Shown here in pieces: positions 1 through 7,519 of a stretch of 46,565 nucleotides of DNA. Made by a program: the position numbers and the translations under genes. Under the pieces are notes generated by a model. The model saw nothing but the letters and a program-made list of their open reading frames with translations, ran no database searches and had not been told where the DNA came from. The stretch spans positions 1-46,565 of the forward strand of contig CAKZLR010000032.1 in assembly GCA_937127165.1 (NCBI GenBank), given 5' to 3'. Source of the DNA: an uncultured Candidatus Peregrinibacteria bacterium. GTDB lineage: Bacteria > Patescibacteriota > JACMRA01. The stretch's first letter is position 1. Each line of letters starts with the position of its first letter.

Positions 1-372
1 TCCTGCCAATAGAGCCCCTGTCAAATTAGCTCCTGCCAATAGAGCCCCTGTCAAATTAGCTCCTGCCAATAGAGCCCCTGTCAAATTAGCTCCTGCCAAT
101 AGAGCCCTTCTCAAATTAGCTCCTATCAAATTAGCTCCTTCCAAATTAACCCTTCTCAAATCAGCTCCTGCCAATAGAGCCCTTCTCAAATTAGCTTCTG
201 TCAATAGAGCCTCTGTCAAATCAGCTCCTGCCAACAGAGCCCCTGTCAAATCAGCTCCTGCCAACAGAGCCCTTCTCAAATTAGCTCCTGCCAAATTAAC
301 CCTTCTCAAGTCAGCTCCTATCAAATCAGCTCTTTCCAAATTAACCCCTCTCAAATCAGCCCCAGCTAAAAC
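1..372. repeat. 15/30-bp periodic tandem repeat array (the coding pentapeptide repeats of paralog B)
   Basis: tcctgccaatagagcccctgtcaaattagc is repeated perfectly at 1-30, 31-60 and 61-90. A near-copy lies at 91-120, and degenerate 15-bp units continue to about 372. Confidence 0.9.
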
Positions 373-786
373 TAATCTTTGTGGTGATGGTTCTATTCCT
401 AATTCTTGTAATTCTTGTAATTCTTGTAATAAATTAGTCCATACCATATATTTGCCTTTATTTATTGCTCCTTTAATCATTATCATTATTAATGAATATA
501 ATAATTTTTCTGATTTTAGATCAGGGATTCTTTCTAGATCAGGGATTCTTTGCATGATAGCATAAAGTAGTGGGTAATTTGATTTTAAATATTTTTCAGA
601 ATCTGGTAGTTTCAAAGACTTCATTTCTTTTAAAATTTTCTCAGCTTTATCAATTATTGATGTTGCTGCATCTTTCACCGCTAATTTTATATCTGTAACG
701 TTACGTCTAACTTTTTCAGCACTTTCTGAGATAATGCCGCCTAGAAATTCATCAAACTTTTCGATCAATCCTTTCAATCTTTTCAT
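1..786 (-). CDS. Pentapeptide-repeat protein, paralog B, main body. The 3' end runs off the window, so it is absent from the ORF track.
   Basis: The minus-strand frame is open from ATG 786-784 to position 1 (262 codons). It translates MKRLKGLIEKFDEFLGGIISESAEKV...LQELQELQEL...LAGADLRGVNLERADL...(ANLTGALLAG)n, with A(D/N)LxX pentapeptide periodicity. It is collinear with ORF 2719..4170. Confidence 0.75.
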   Translation of the reverse strand, partial: MKRLKGLIEKFDEFLGGIISESAEKVRRNVTDIKLAVKDAATSIIDKAEKILKEMKSLKLPDSEKYLKSNYPLLYAIMQRIPDLERIPDLKSEKLLYSLIMIMIKGAINKGKYMVWTNLLQELQELQELGIEPSPQRLVLAGADLRGVNLERADLIGADLRRVNLAGANLRRALLAGADLTGALLAGADLTEALLTEANLRRALLAGADLRRVNLEGANLIGANLRRALLAGANLTGALLAGANLTGALLAGANLTGALLAG

Positions 787-794
787 TTTTTCTT

Positions 795-977
795 TTAATT
801 TTTTTTTTCTTCTAATTCTATTAAAGAAGCCGGATTCTCTTCTCCGGTTTCACCACGACCAGTCCCTACTTCTCCTTTTCTTCCTTCACCACCATAACCA
901 CCTTCAGGTGCCCAAAACTTTTTTGCAGAACCTACAGATAAATGAATGTTAGAAAGTGTAGATATAGATATAGACAC
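795..977 (-). CDS. N-terminal segment of pentapeptide-repeat paralog B, separated from its body (786..1) by a frame change at an A10 tract
   Basis: MSISISTLSNIHLSVGSAKKFWAPEGGYGGEGRK is almost identical to the N-terminus of ORF 2719..4170. The ORF stops one codon after the poly-A run (minus strand, 808-799). Confidence 0.55.
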   Translation of the reverse strand: MSISISTLSNIHLSVGSAKKFWAPEGGYGGEGRKGEVGTGRGETGEENPASLIELEEKKN

Positions 978-1155
978 AACGAATAATTGAGAACATTTAT
1001 TAAATGGATTAAATGATAACTCAAATAATTGAGTTAACTGAAACCAAACTTAATTATAACACACTTTTTATATTATCTGCAAATCTTTTTTGTCTCAAAG
1101 TTTCGGTGATTCTAAAGAATAGTTCTACAATTTAGAGTTTTTAAGTTTTTTTAAA

Positions 1156-2580
1156 TTACTTCAAACTATCTAAAACCTTTTTGATTGCTGTGAGTTTTCG
1201 CTCTATTTCTAAATATTCTTTTTCAGCCACAGAATCAAACACAATACCACTACAAGTTTGCGTAAAACCCTCGCTATAACCACCTTTTTCTTTAATAAAG
1301 AAACTTCTGATGGGAATACAAAAGGTACAATTACCATTAAATCCGAAATGACCAAAAGCCCCGCCATATGGCCCTCGTGGTTCGTTCTCGTTTTGATTAA
1401 TAATTTTAATGGTTTCTATTTTTGGAGCCCCAGTTAATACCCCACCCGGGAAGACACTAGCAAGTCCAGTGAACATATCTTCATTTTCTTTCAAAATTCC
1501 CACAATCTCGCTAGAAATATGTTGAACATGGCTAAATTTTTTGATGTCCATCAATCGACGAACTTTTACTGTGCCAAACATAGATACTTTACCAATATCG
1601 TTGCGGTGGAGATCAACTAGCATGTTGTGTTCAGCAATTTCTTTAGGATCGTTTAGAAGTTGTTTGGCTAGCTCTCTGTCTTGCTCCACAGTCTCACCTC
1701 TACCAATCGTTCCGGCTAAAGGGAAAGTTTCGATTTCGCGATTTCTGGCCCTAAATAACAACTCTGGACTGGCCCCTAAGACAATTTCTGTATCAAATTT
1801 GCAATAAAACATATAGGGAGAAGGATTGACCTCTCTCAATTTTTCATAAATCTGTAAATATCCATTACCAGTTAGTCTGTATTTTGACTTAAAACCAACT
1901 TCACATTGAAAGGAGTTGCCAGCTTTAATTTCTTCAATAGTTCTATTAACTATTTCTTTGTGTTGATTTTTATCGATTGAGTCTCCGAGATATTCAATAT
2001 TTATTCTTGTTTTTTTAGGTTTAGTTTGAGCAAGCTGCAAAATCTTTGGAAGCCTAGAACTGGAATAATAAAAGTAATTAATCTCACCGGTCATTTCGTC
2101 ATATACTAATCCGTCGGTATATACTCCAAAATGGAATTGCTGGAAGTCTGGATGTTCCGATAAATTGAGTTTTGGTTCAAAATAATTGATTGCTTCATAT
2201 GATATATAACCAACTAAACCACCAGCATATGTTCTAGAAATTATGTTCTGTGGAACAATTTGCCGCAGTACCCAATAAGGATTGATGTTTTCTAGTTTGA
2301 TACAGTTATCAATCACTTTCAAATTTTCCAAATTTTCCCAAATCTCTGATCCATTTTGGTTTAGTTTAATTATTAAAGTCTGTTCTTTAGCGAATATAGT
2401 GGTAATGGGATCAAAACCAATGACCGAGTAACGAGAATCAAAGTTTTGGTCACCAAGAGATTCTAGAATAAAGCAGTTGGTAAAAGTCTGTTCGACGATT
2501 TGAAAAAACTCAAAGAAATCTATAGGTAGATGAACTTTTTGGTAAACAGGTTTTTGAGGTAGTTTGATCTTAGGAAACAT
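1156..2580 (-). CDS. trpE: Anthranilate synthase component I (chorismate-binding TrpE/PabB family, TrpE-like)
   Basis: It has an ILES-X10-S motif (FILESLGDQNFDSRYS) and PLAGT rather than PIKGT (ETFPLAGTIGRG). Other family motifs are EHNMLVDLHRNDIGKV, GGVLTGAPK and RGPYGGAFG. Confidence 0.8.
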   Translation of the reverse strand: MFPKIKLPQKPVYQKVHLPIDFFEFFQIVEQTFTNCFILESLGDQNFDSRYSVIGFDPITTIFAKEQTLIIKLNQNGSEIWENLENLKVIDNCIKLENINPYWVLRQIVPQNIISRTYAGGLVGYISYEAINYFEPKLNLSEHPDFQQFHFGVYTDGLVYDEMTGEINYFYYSSSRLPKILQLAQTKPKKTRINIEYLGDSIDKNQHKEIVNRTIEEIKAGNSFQCEVGFKSKYRLTGNGYLQIYEKLREVNPSPYMFYCKFDTEIVLGASPELLFRARNREIETFPLAGTIGRGETVEQDRELAKQLLNDPKEIAEHNMLVDLHRNDIGKVSMFGTVKVRRLMDIKKFSHVQHISSEIVGILKENEDMFTGLASVFPGGVLTGAPKIETIKIINQNENEPRGPYGGAFGHFGFNGNCTFCIPIRSFFIKEKGGYSEGFTQTCSGIVFDSVAEKEYLEIERKLTAIKKVLDSLK

Positions 2581-2661
2581 AAGAACTTAGATAAGTAAAA
2601 ACGCCGACTTTTATAAATCAGTCAAGTCAGGCAAAAAACTTTACACCAAATCAAGCAACAA

Positions 2662-2693
2662 CAAAAAAACGACCCAAGAAAATACTTGGATCG
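2662..2693 (-). terminator. Rho-independent terminator downstream of pentapeptide-repeat paralog A
   Basis: The minus strand reads cgatccaag-tatttt-cttgggtcg followed by ttttttt. That is a 9-bp stem (one G-U pair), a 6-nt loop and a T7 tail, 26 nt after the stop at 2719. Confidence 0.6.
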
Positions 2694-2718
2694 CATAAAA
2701 ACTCTTCTTAATTGGTTT

Positions 2719-4170
2719 CTATTCTGAATCTGATAGGGTTGGAGTAGGTTGTGGATCTGAAAAGATACAGCCCTCGTCCACGATAGCACCTCGACTTTTT
2801 AGGTAGTCTCGGGTTACTGGCTGCCTTTTTCCCTTTCTATTAATATAATAAGCTTCTCTGAAGTCACATCCTTTAAAATTAGCTCCTTTAACAATAGACA
2901 ATGTAAAATTAGCCCCTTCAAACTTAGTTCCTTCCAACCTAGCCCCTGTAAACCTAGCCCCTGTAAAATCAGCCTCTGTAAAATCAGCCCCTGTCAAATT
3001 AGCCCCTGTAAACCTAGCCCTTGTAAAATCAGCCAATGGCGAAATAGCCAATGTCAAATCAGCCAATGTAAAATCAGCTTCTCTAAAACTAGCTCCTGTC
3101 AAATTAGCCAATGTCAAATTAGCTCCAGCTAAAATTAATCCTACTCGTGATGACTCCATTAATAATCCTCGTAATAAATCAGTCCATACTATATTAGTCC
3201 ATACTATATTTCTGTTTTCATCCATTCTTTTTGTAATCATTACCGTCATTAATGGATGTAATGATCTTCTTGAGTTTGCACTATAGAGAGCATGGAATTC
3301 GAACCTGAGAGCATAAAGTAGTGGGTAAAATTTTAATTTTAATTCTGGGTAAAATTCTAAACAAGTCATTAAATATTCTTTATATTTTTCAAAATCTGAT
3401 AGTCCCCAAGACTTAATTCCTTTTATAGTTTCCTCAGCTTTATCAACCACTAATCTTGTTGCTTCTTTCACCACTATTGGCATATATGCCCCATTTATAA
3501 CTCTTTTAGCACTTTCCGAGATAAGATTTTCTAGAAATTTATCAAACTCTCTGATCAAAAAAATACGCTTCTCGTTCACGACGTCCACGGTAGCATCTCG
3601 ACTCTCTAACCAGGCTGGGGTCATTGGGTGTATTTCTCCCTTTGTAGTATTTGCAGTAATTGCTCTTTCAATCGTTGTCATTATTAATGAATGTAATAAT
3701 TCTTCTAATTTTACGTCAGAGATTCTTCGGTTGATAACATAAAGTAGTGGGGAATTTGATTTTAAATATTCTTCAAAATCTGGTAGTTCCAAAGACTTTA
3801 TTCCTTTTATAATTTCCCTAGCTTTATCAATTATTAATCTTGTTACATTTTCCACTACTGATTCTATAGTATTTAGGCCATTTTCAACTTCTCTAGCACT
3901 TGTCAAGATAATCTCGTTTAGAAATTCATTAAACCCTTTGGTTAATTCATACATTTCTCTTTTCTTTTCAGCTTCCGCTTGTGTATGCTTAGCTTTCGCT
4001 TGTGTGTGTGCTTCTAAATTCGGAGAGAATTTACCTCCTGGAGAGGTCGGATCCTCAGGATACATTCTTTCTTCTTTTCTTCCTTCACCACCATAACCAC
4101 CTTCAGGTGCCCAAAACTTTTTTGCAGAACTTACAGATAAATGAATGTTAGAAAGTGTAGACATAGACAC
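2719..4170 (-). CDS. Pentapeptide-repeat protein, paralog A (Gly-rich N-terminus, two copies of a helical module, C-terminal pentapeptide repeats)
   Basis: The C-terminal region reads ANLTLANLTGASFREADFTLADLT...ARFTGANLTGADFTEADFTGARFTGARLEGTKFEGANF. The module F(N/D)xFLxxxIxxSAxxV...DKAxExIKGIKSxxLxDFExY occurs twice internally. Confidence 0.85.
   Translation of the reverse strand: MSMSTLSNIHLSVSSAKKFWAPEGGYGGEGRKEERMYPEDPTSPGGKFSPNLEAHTQAKAKHTQAEAEKKREMYELTKGFNEFLNEIILTSAREVENGLNTIESVVENVTRLIIDKAREIIKGIKSLELPDFEEYLKSNSPLLYVINRRISDVKLEELLHSLIMTTIERAITANTTKGEIHPMTPAWLESRDATVDVVNEKRIFLIREFDKFLENLISESAKRVINGAYMPIVVKEATRLVVDKAEETIKGIKSWGLSDFEKYKEYLMTCLEFYPELKLKFYPLLYALRFEFHALYSANSRRSLHPLMTVMITKRMDENRNIVWTNIVWTDLLRGLLMESSRVGLILAGANLTLANLTGASFREADFTLADLTLAISPLADFTRARFTGANLTGADFTEADFTGARFTGARLEGTKFEGANFTLSIVKGANFKGCDFREAYYINRKGKRQPVTRDYLKSRGAIVDEGCIFSDPQPTPTLSDSE
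2860..3140. repeat. 15-bp periodic coding repeats (the pentapeptide region of paralog A)
   Basis: There are repeated units such as agcccctgtaaacct / agcccctgtaaaatc / agccaatgtcaaatc. They are more diverged than the array at 1-372. Confidence 0.8.
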
Positions 4171-4260
4171 AACGAATAATTGAGAACATTTATCAAATGA
4201 ATTAAATGATAACTCAAATAATTGAGTTAACTGAAACTAAACTTGGCCGTAACACACTTT

Positions 4261-5355
4261 TTATTTTTTTGCAAATCTTTTTTGTCTCAAAGTTTCGGTG
4301 ATACTGAAGATGATTATAATAAAAACTAATTGGCTGAACAACAGAAATGGTTTGTAGTCAGTTTGAATTAGTAAAGCTGACTGGGCGGTGATGGTTATGA
4401 TTAAACTAGTAAATACCAGCACGGATATCTTGTTTACTCCTAAATCAACCAACCGAAAATGCCAATGCAAACGATCTCCACTAGAAAACGGGTTGCGACC
4501 ATCTAGTAGTCTTAGACCCCAAACAAATACCAAATCGATCACAAACCAACCTAGGACACTACTAGCTGTAGCAATTTTGGCACCCGACAAAATGGCTAGC
4601 ACTCCAATTACAAAGCCAATAACCCAGGAGCCACCTTCACCTAAGTATAATCTAGCGTTAGGAAAGTTAAAAGGTAAAAAACCGAGTATCCCAAACACCC
4701 AAATCATCGCAAACACAAATATCAGTGGTTGATTGACATGACTAAACAGGCTTACACTAGCCACAGACAACAAACCAATAATACCCACACTACTAACCAA
4801 ACCGTCGTGTCCATCCAAAAATTTAGTAGCCCCGGTGCAAAACAAAAGCCATAAATAAGTGATAATCTCAAAAATATAAAGAATATCTGGAATATATTGG
4901 TTAAACGGAGGAGAGATAGCCTTGATTTGTAGTCCGCCAGCAAACATTGCCAGCAGTATGGCAGTGTTGATAAAAATCAGTTGATATTTAGCGGATAATT
5001 TATATTTGTCGTCCAGAAAACCCCCGAGAATTAAAATTGAAATTGCCACCAAAACCCAAATCAGCCTAAACGGCTCTAGATTTTTACCAAGTTCTTCGGT
5101 TAGCTCAAACCAGTTAAATTTGTTGATTAGCCAAACTATTCCCATCAAAAAACTACAAACTAAAGCAAAACCAGTTCCTCCAAGCAAGGGTATTGGAACC
5201 GGCTGTTTTTTACGGTGAGGCTCTAGTTTGGGGTCGTCTACAATTTTGTATTTAGTTGCTACTTTTAGAAGTAGTTTGGATAGTGTCCATGAGGCTATGG
5301 CTGAAATAAATATTAAAATCAGTAAAAGTTGAGTTAATTGCCACGACAAAATCAT
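4261..5355 (-). CDS. Glycosyltransferase family 4 polyprenyl-phosphate sugar-1-phosphate transferase (WecA/TagO/MraY-like)
   Basis: It is a polytopic membrane protein with the motifs GGFLDDKYKL, TKFLDGHDGL and GDRLHWHFRLVDLG. Confidence 0.75.
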   Translation of the reverse strand: MILSWQLTQLLLILIFISAIASWTLSKLLLKVATKYKIVDDPKLEPHRKKQPVPIPLLGGTGFALVCSFLMGIVWLINKFNWFELTEELGKNLEPFRLIWVLVAISILILGGFLDDKYKLSAKYQLIFINTAILLAMFAGGLQIKAISPPFNQYIPDILYIFEIITYLWLLFCTGATKFLDGHDGLVSSVGIIGLLSVASVSLFSHVNQPLIFVFAMIWVFGILGFLPFNFPNARLYLGEGGSWVIGFVIGVLAILSGAKIATASSVLGWFVIDLVFVWGLRLLDGRNPFSSGDRLHWHFRLVDLGVNKISVLVFTSLIITITAQSALLIQTDYKPFLLFSQLVFIIIIFSITETLRQKRFAKK

Positions 5356-5385
5356 ACAAAAATAAAGTAGGGGAAGAAGGTTTTT

Positions 5386-6393
5386 TTAGATTATTTCGTG
5401 CAGTCTGTTTTGTTCTATAGAAGTTTTAATTTCTCTAGCGATTCGCCTACCGGTACTCATTGGCACATCAAAAATTAAATCGGAGTAAGGTGATCCATTG
5501 ATAAATAAGTTAGTACCAGCGACGATTCTAGCCGATATTTCAATTACATAGAATTTTTGATCTGGGGTGACAATGGTTTCAAGACAAAAAGGCCCATATA
5601 GACCTCTGGTTGGACAAATTTCTTTGGAGATTTTAACTACATTTCTACCCATTTCGTATAGATCCGCTAGTAATGACTCCCGAACAACTAGTGGGCTGTT
5701 ACCAATTACTACAAAAGAAGGATCCATCTGTAGGTGCATCTGGGTAGATGCAGTCAACCTGCCAATCCCATCAACATTGGTTTCGTATCTTCTATCCAAA
5801 CTTAAAATCTCTAAACGATCTTGTAAAAGTGAGTAAAAATAATGAATATAAATAGGACAGCCTATGATATACTCCTGAATCAGGATTTTATTTAGATCAA
5901 ATTGTCTTGTTTTCATTTCTTGTTCAAACTCTTCCCTAGACGACACAAAAAAATAGCCACTACCTCCTCCAGCTCCATACATCTTAACTATGACTGGACG
6001 GTCAATTTGGGTATAATCATCAAAAATTTTGGGCAAAGTCAAACCAGCTCTACTTAGCCAATCCATTTGTTTTTGACGGTTGCTTTCCCACTTAAGAATA
6101 TCTTTATTACCAAAATATTTAACCTTCATCTGGTCATGTTTTTGTTGATCGATGTAGGCTACCAGGGAACCATGTGGCACAATAATAGCCTCTTGCTTAA
6201 GCAAATAATCTTCTACCTTAAAAAAATCGTGGTAGCTATCCAAAGTAATTACTTCATCAGCAATTGGAAACAGTTCGGTATAAATTTTGGCTTGTTTTTT
6301 GGTAGAAATGAGAATAGTTTGAAAACCTTCGTCCTTAGCTCCTTTAACAATCTGTAGGGCACTGTGACTACCAATTGTGGCAATTTTAGGCAT
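5386..6393 (-). CDS. purP: 5-formaminoimidazole-4-carboxamide ribonucleotide (FAICAR) synthetase, archaeal-type ATP-grasp PurP
   Basis: MPKIATIGSHSALQIVKGAKDEGF, DRRYETNVDG, GPFCLE, EISARIVAGTN and STGRRIAREIK match my recollection of the Methanocaldococcus PurP family. The longest ORF extends to 6453, but the homologous N-terminus begins at the ATG at 6393. Confidence 0.8.
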   Translation of the reverse strand: MPKIATIGSHSALQIVKGAKDEGFQTILISTKKQAKIYTELFPIADEVITLDSYHDFFKVEDYLLKQEAIIVPHGSLVAYIDQQKHDQMKVKYFGNKDILKWESNRQKQMDWLSRAGLTLPKIFDDYTQIDRPVIVKMYGAGGGSGYFFVSSREEFEQEMKTRQFDLNKILIQEYIIGCPIYIHYFYSLLQDRLEILSLDRRYETNVDGIGRLTASTQMHLQMDPSFVVIGNSPLVVRESLLADLYEMGRNVVKISKEICPTRGLYGPFCLETIVTPDQKFYVIEISARIVAGTNLFINGSPYSDLIFDVPMSTGRRIAREIKTSIEQNRLHEII

Positions 6394-6539
6394 ATAAGAC
6401 TTATTTAGTGAATACTTGTTGAATGTCAAACAGTTGAGTGGTAGTGGTTGCATAAAATCAGGCTTAAATTAAGCAAAAGTAACAGTGTTTTCTAGAGTTA
6501 TTTTATAGGACTTGACTTATCTATGTTTTTAAGTAGCAT

Positions 6540-6568
6540 TTGACAGTCAACACAAATTGAAATGTAAT
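6540..6568 (+). promoter_or_regulatory. Candidate sigma-70-type promoter for tRNA-Leu
   Basis: TTGACA (6540-6545), a 17-nt spacer, then TGTAAT (6563-6568). It lies about 15 nt upstream of the tRNA 5' end. Confidence 0.4.
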
Positions 6569-6583
6569 ATGGTTGGTGAGCAA

Positions 6584-6670
6584 GCTCAAATGGTGGAATT
6601 GGTAGACACGCTAGTTTCAGGTGCTAGTGCCGGCAATGGCGTGAGGGTTCGAGTCCCTCTTTGAGCACCA
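6584..6670 (+). tRNA. tRNA-Leu (anticodon CAG), class II with long variable arm, CCA encoded
   Basis: The acceptor stem gctcaaa/tttgagc pairs. The anticodon arm is ctagt-ttCAGgt-gctag, the T-arm is gaggg-ttcgagt-ccctc, and the 3' end is ACCA. Confidence 0.9.
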
Positions 6671-6796
6671 GTTGCAATAGTTAATGATAAAAATTAGTGT
6701 AAAAACAATAAAATAAAAGTACCTTTAAATTTGTTAGGTACAATCAGGTTTCGATGTTATTACGGCATGTTTTTCGAGTTTTTGAAACCCTAAACC

Positions 6797-6825
6797 TTGA
6801 CTTTTGTTTTAAACTTATTTATCCT
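6797..6825 (+). promoter_or_regulatory. Candidate promoter for the small membrane-protein gene
   Basis: TTGACT (6797-6802), a 17-nt spacer, then TATCCT (6820-6825). It is 26 nt upstream of the ATG at 6851. Confidence 0.3.
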
Positions 6826-6850
6826 TTTAGTTGGTTAAACGTTTTCTGTT

Positions 6851-7039
6851 ATGTTCCGTTCAGATGATCCAAACAAAACTTTCGTAATTTATACTGGTAT
6901 AGGCATTATTGTTGGGGGTATTTTAGGAGCAATTTTAGGAATGATCCTAAGTAATTTTAGTCTTTGGTTGAGCTTGTTTGCTACAGTTGGAGCTTTAATC
7001 GGTGTTGCTGTTTTTTATTATCAAAAAAGCAAGTATTAA
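6851..7039 (+). CDS. Small membrane protein (two predicted TM helices), hypothetical
   Basis: This is a 62-aa ORF with the Gly/Ile/Leu-rich hydrophobic segments IYTGIGIIVGGILGAILGMIL and LWLSLFATVGALIGVAVFYY. Confidence 0.5.
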   Translation: MFRSDDPNKTFVIYTGIGIIVGGILGAILGMILSNFSLWLSLFATVGALIGVAVFYYQKSKY

Positions 7040-7519
7040 GAGTTTTGATTTGAAACCTTAAATGAATTTACATTATTAGTTCTATTAGCTTTTCTACACT
7101 GGATCTAACCCGATATTATACTTAGTATTATTCCTATCAAAAAACCAAGAAAAGAACAACACACAAGTATCAACATGTGCCATTTTACAGGGATTTTTCT
7201 GAAAGATTTCCAAAATTTGTCGATCATACTATTTTTAATAAAAAATATCTGATATTGCCACATAATAACTCTAAAAACAAATTTCAACCTATCAAAACGT
7301 TTAAAAACGACGAATGTCTGATTGAATCGGATCGCGAGTTTGTAGATCTTTTGGACAAAAAGTTGACTAGAATTATTTTTTCGAGTTTTTTGTATCTCGA
7401 AAAGTTTTTGCCTTATTTTTCAGGTATTTTTTTCACAAAAAAAGTCACAAAAAAGGTGGGCTATTGGCTAGGGAAAATTCTACTGCACTATTTTGACTCT
7501 GTCAAAAAATTTTTAGGTT

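Noticed and set aside
1-372. The identical 30-bp repeats at the left edge looked at first like a CRISPR array.
   Set aside because: The units are contiguous with no spacers. They keep an open reading frame on the minus strand and encode A(D/N)LxX pentapeptide repeats collinear with the paralog at 2719..4170.
734-952. ORF-track entries lie antisense to, or nested in, well-supported genes. Examples are 734..952, 1541..1807, 4388..4732, 4752..4943, 5006..5218, 5567..5836, 6067..6357, 12616..12861, 13439..13645, 15011..15268, 15527..15775, 25614..25823, 28004..28210, 31691..31876, 33865..34164 and 42176..42385.
   Set aside because: They are shadow ORFs inside genes that carry strong family motifs. 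Their low-complexity or odd composition is typical of antisense frames in AT-rich DNA, and they have no motifs.
875-4302. The two pentapeptide paralogs could be a template/variable repeat pair of a diversity-generating retroelement.
   Set aside because: The differences between the copies are not restricted to adenine positions and include indels and whole-module differences. No reverse transcriptase gene is present in the window.
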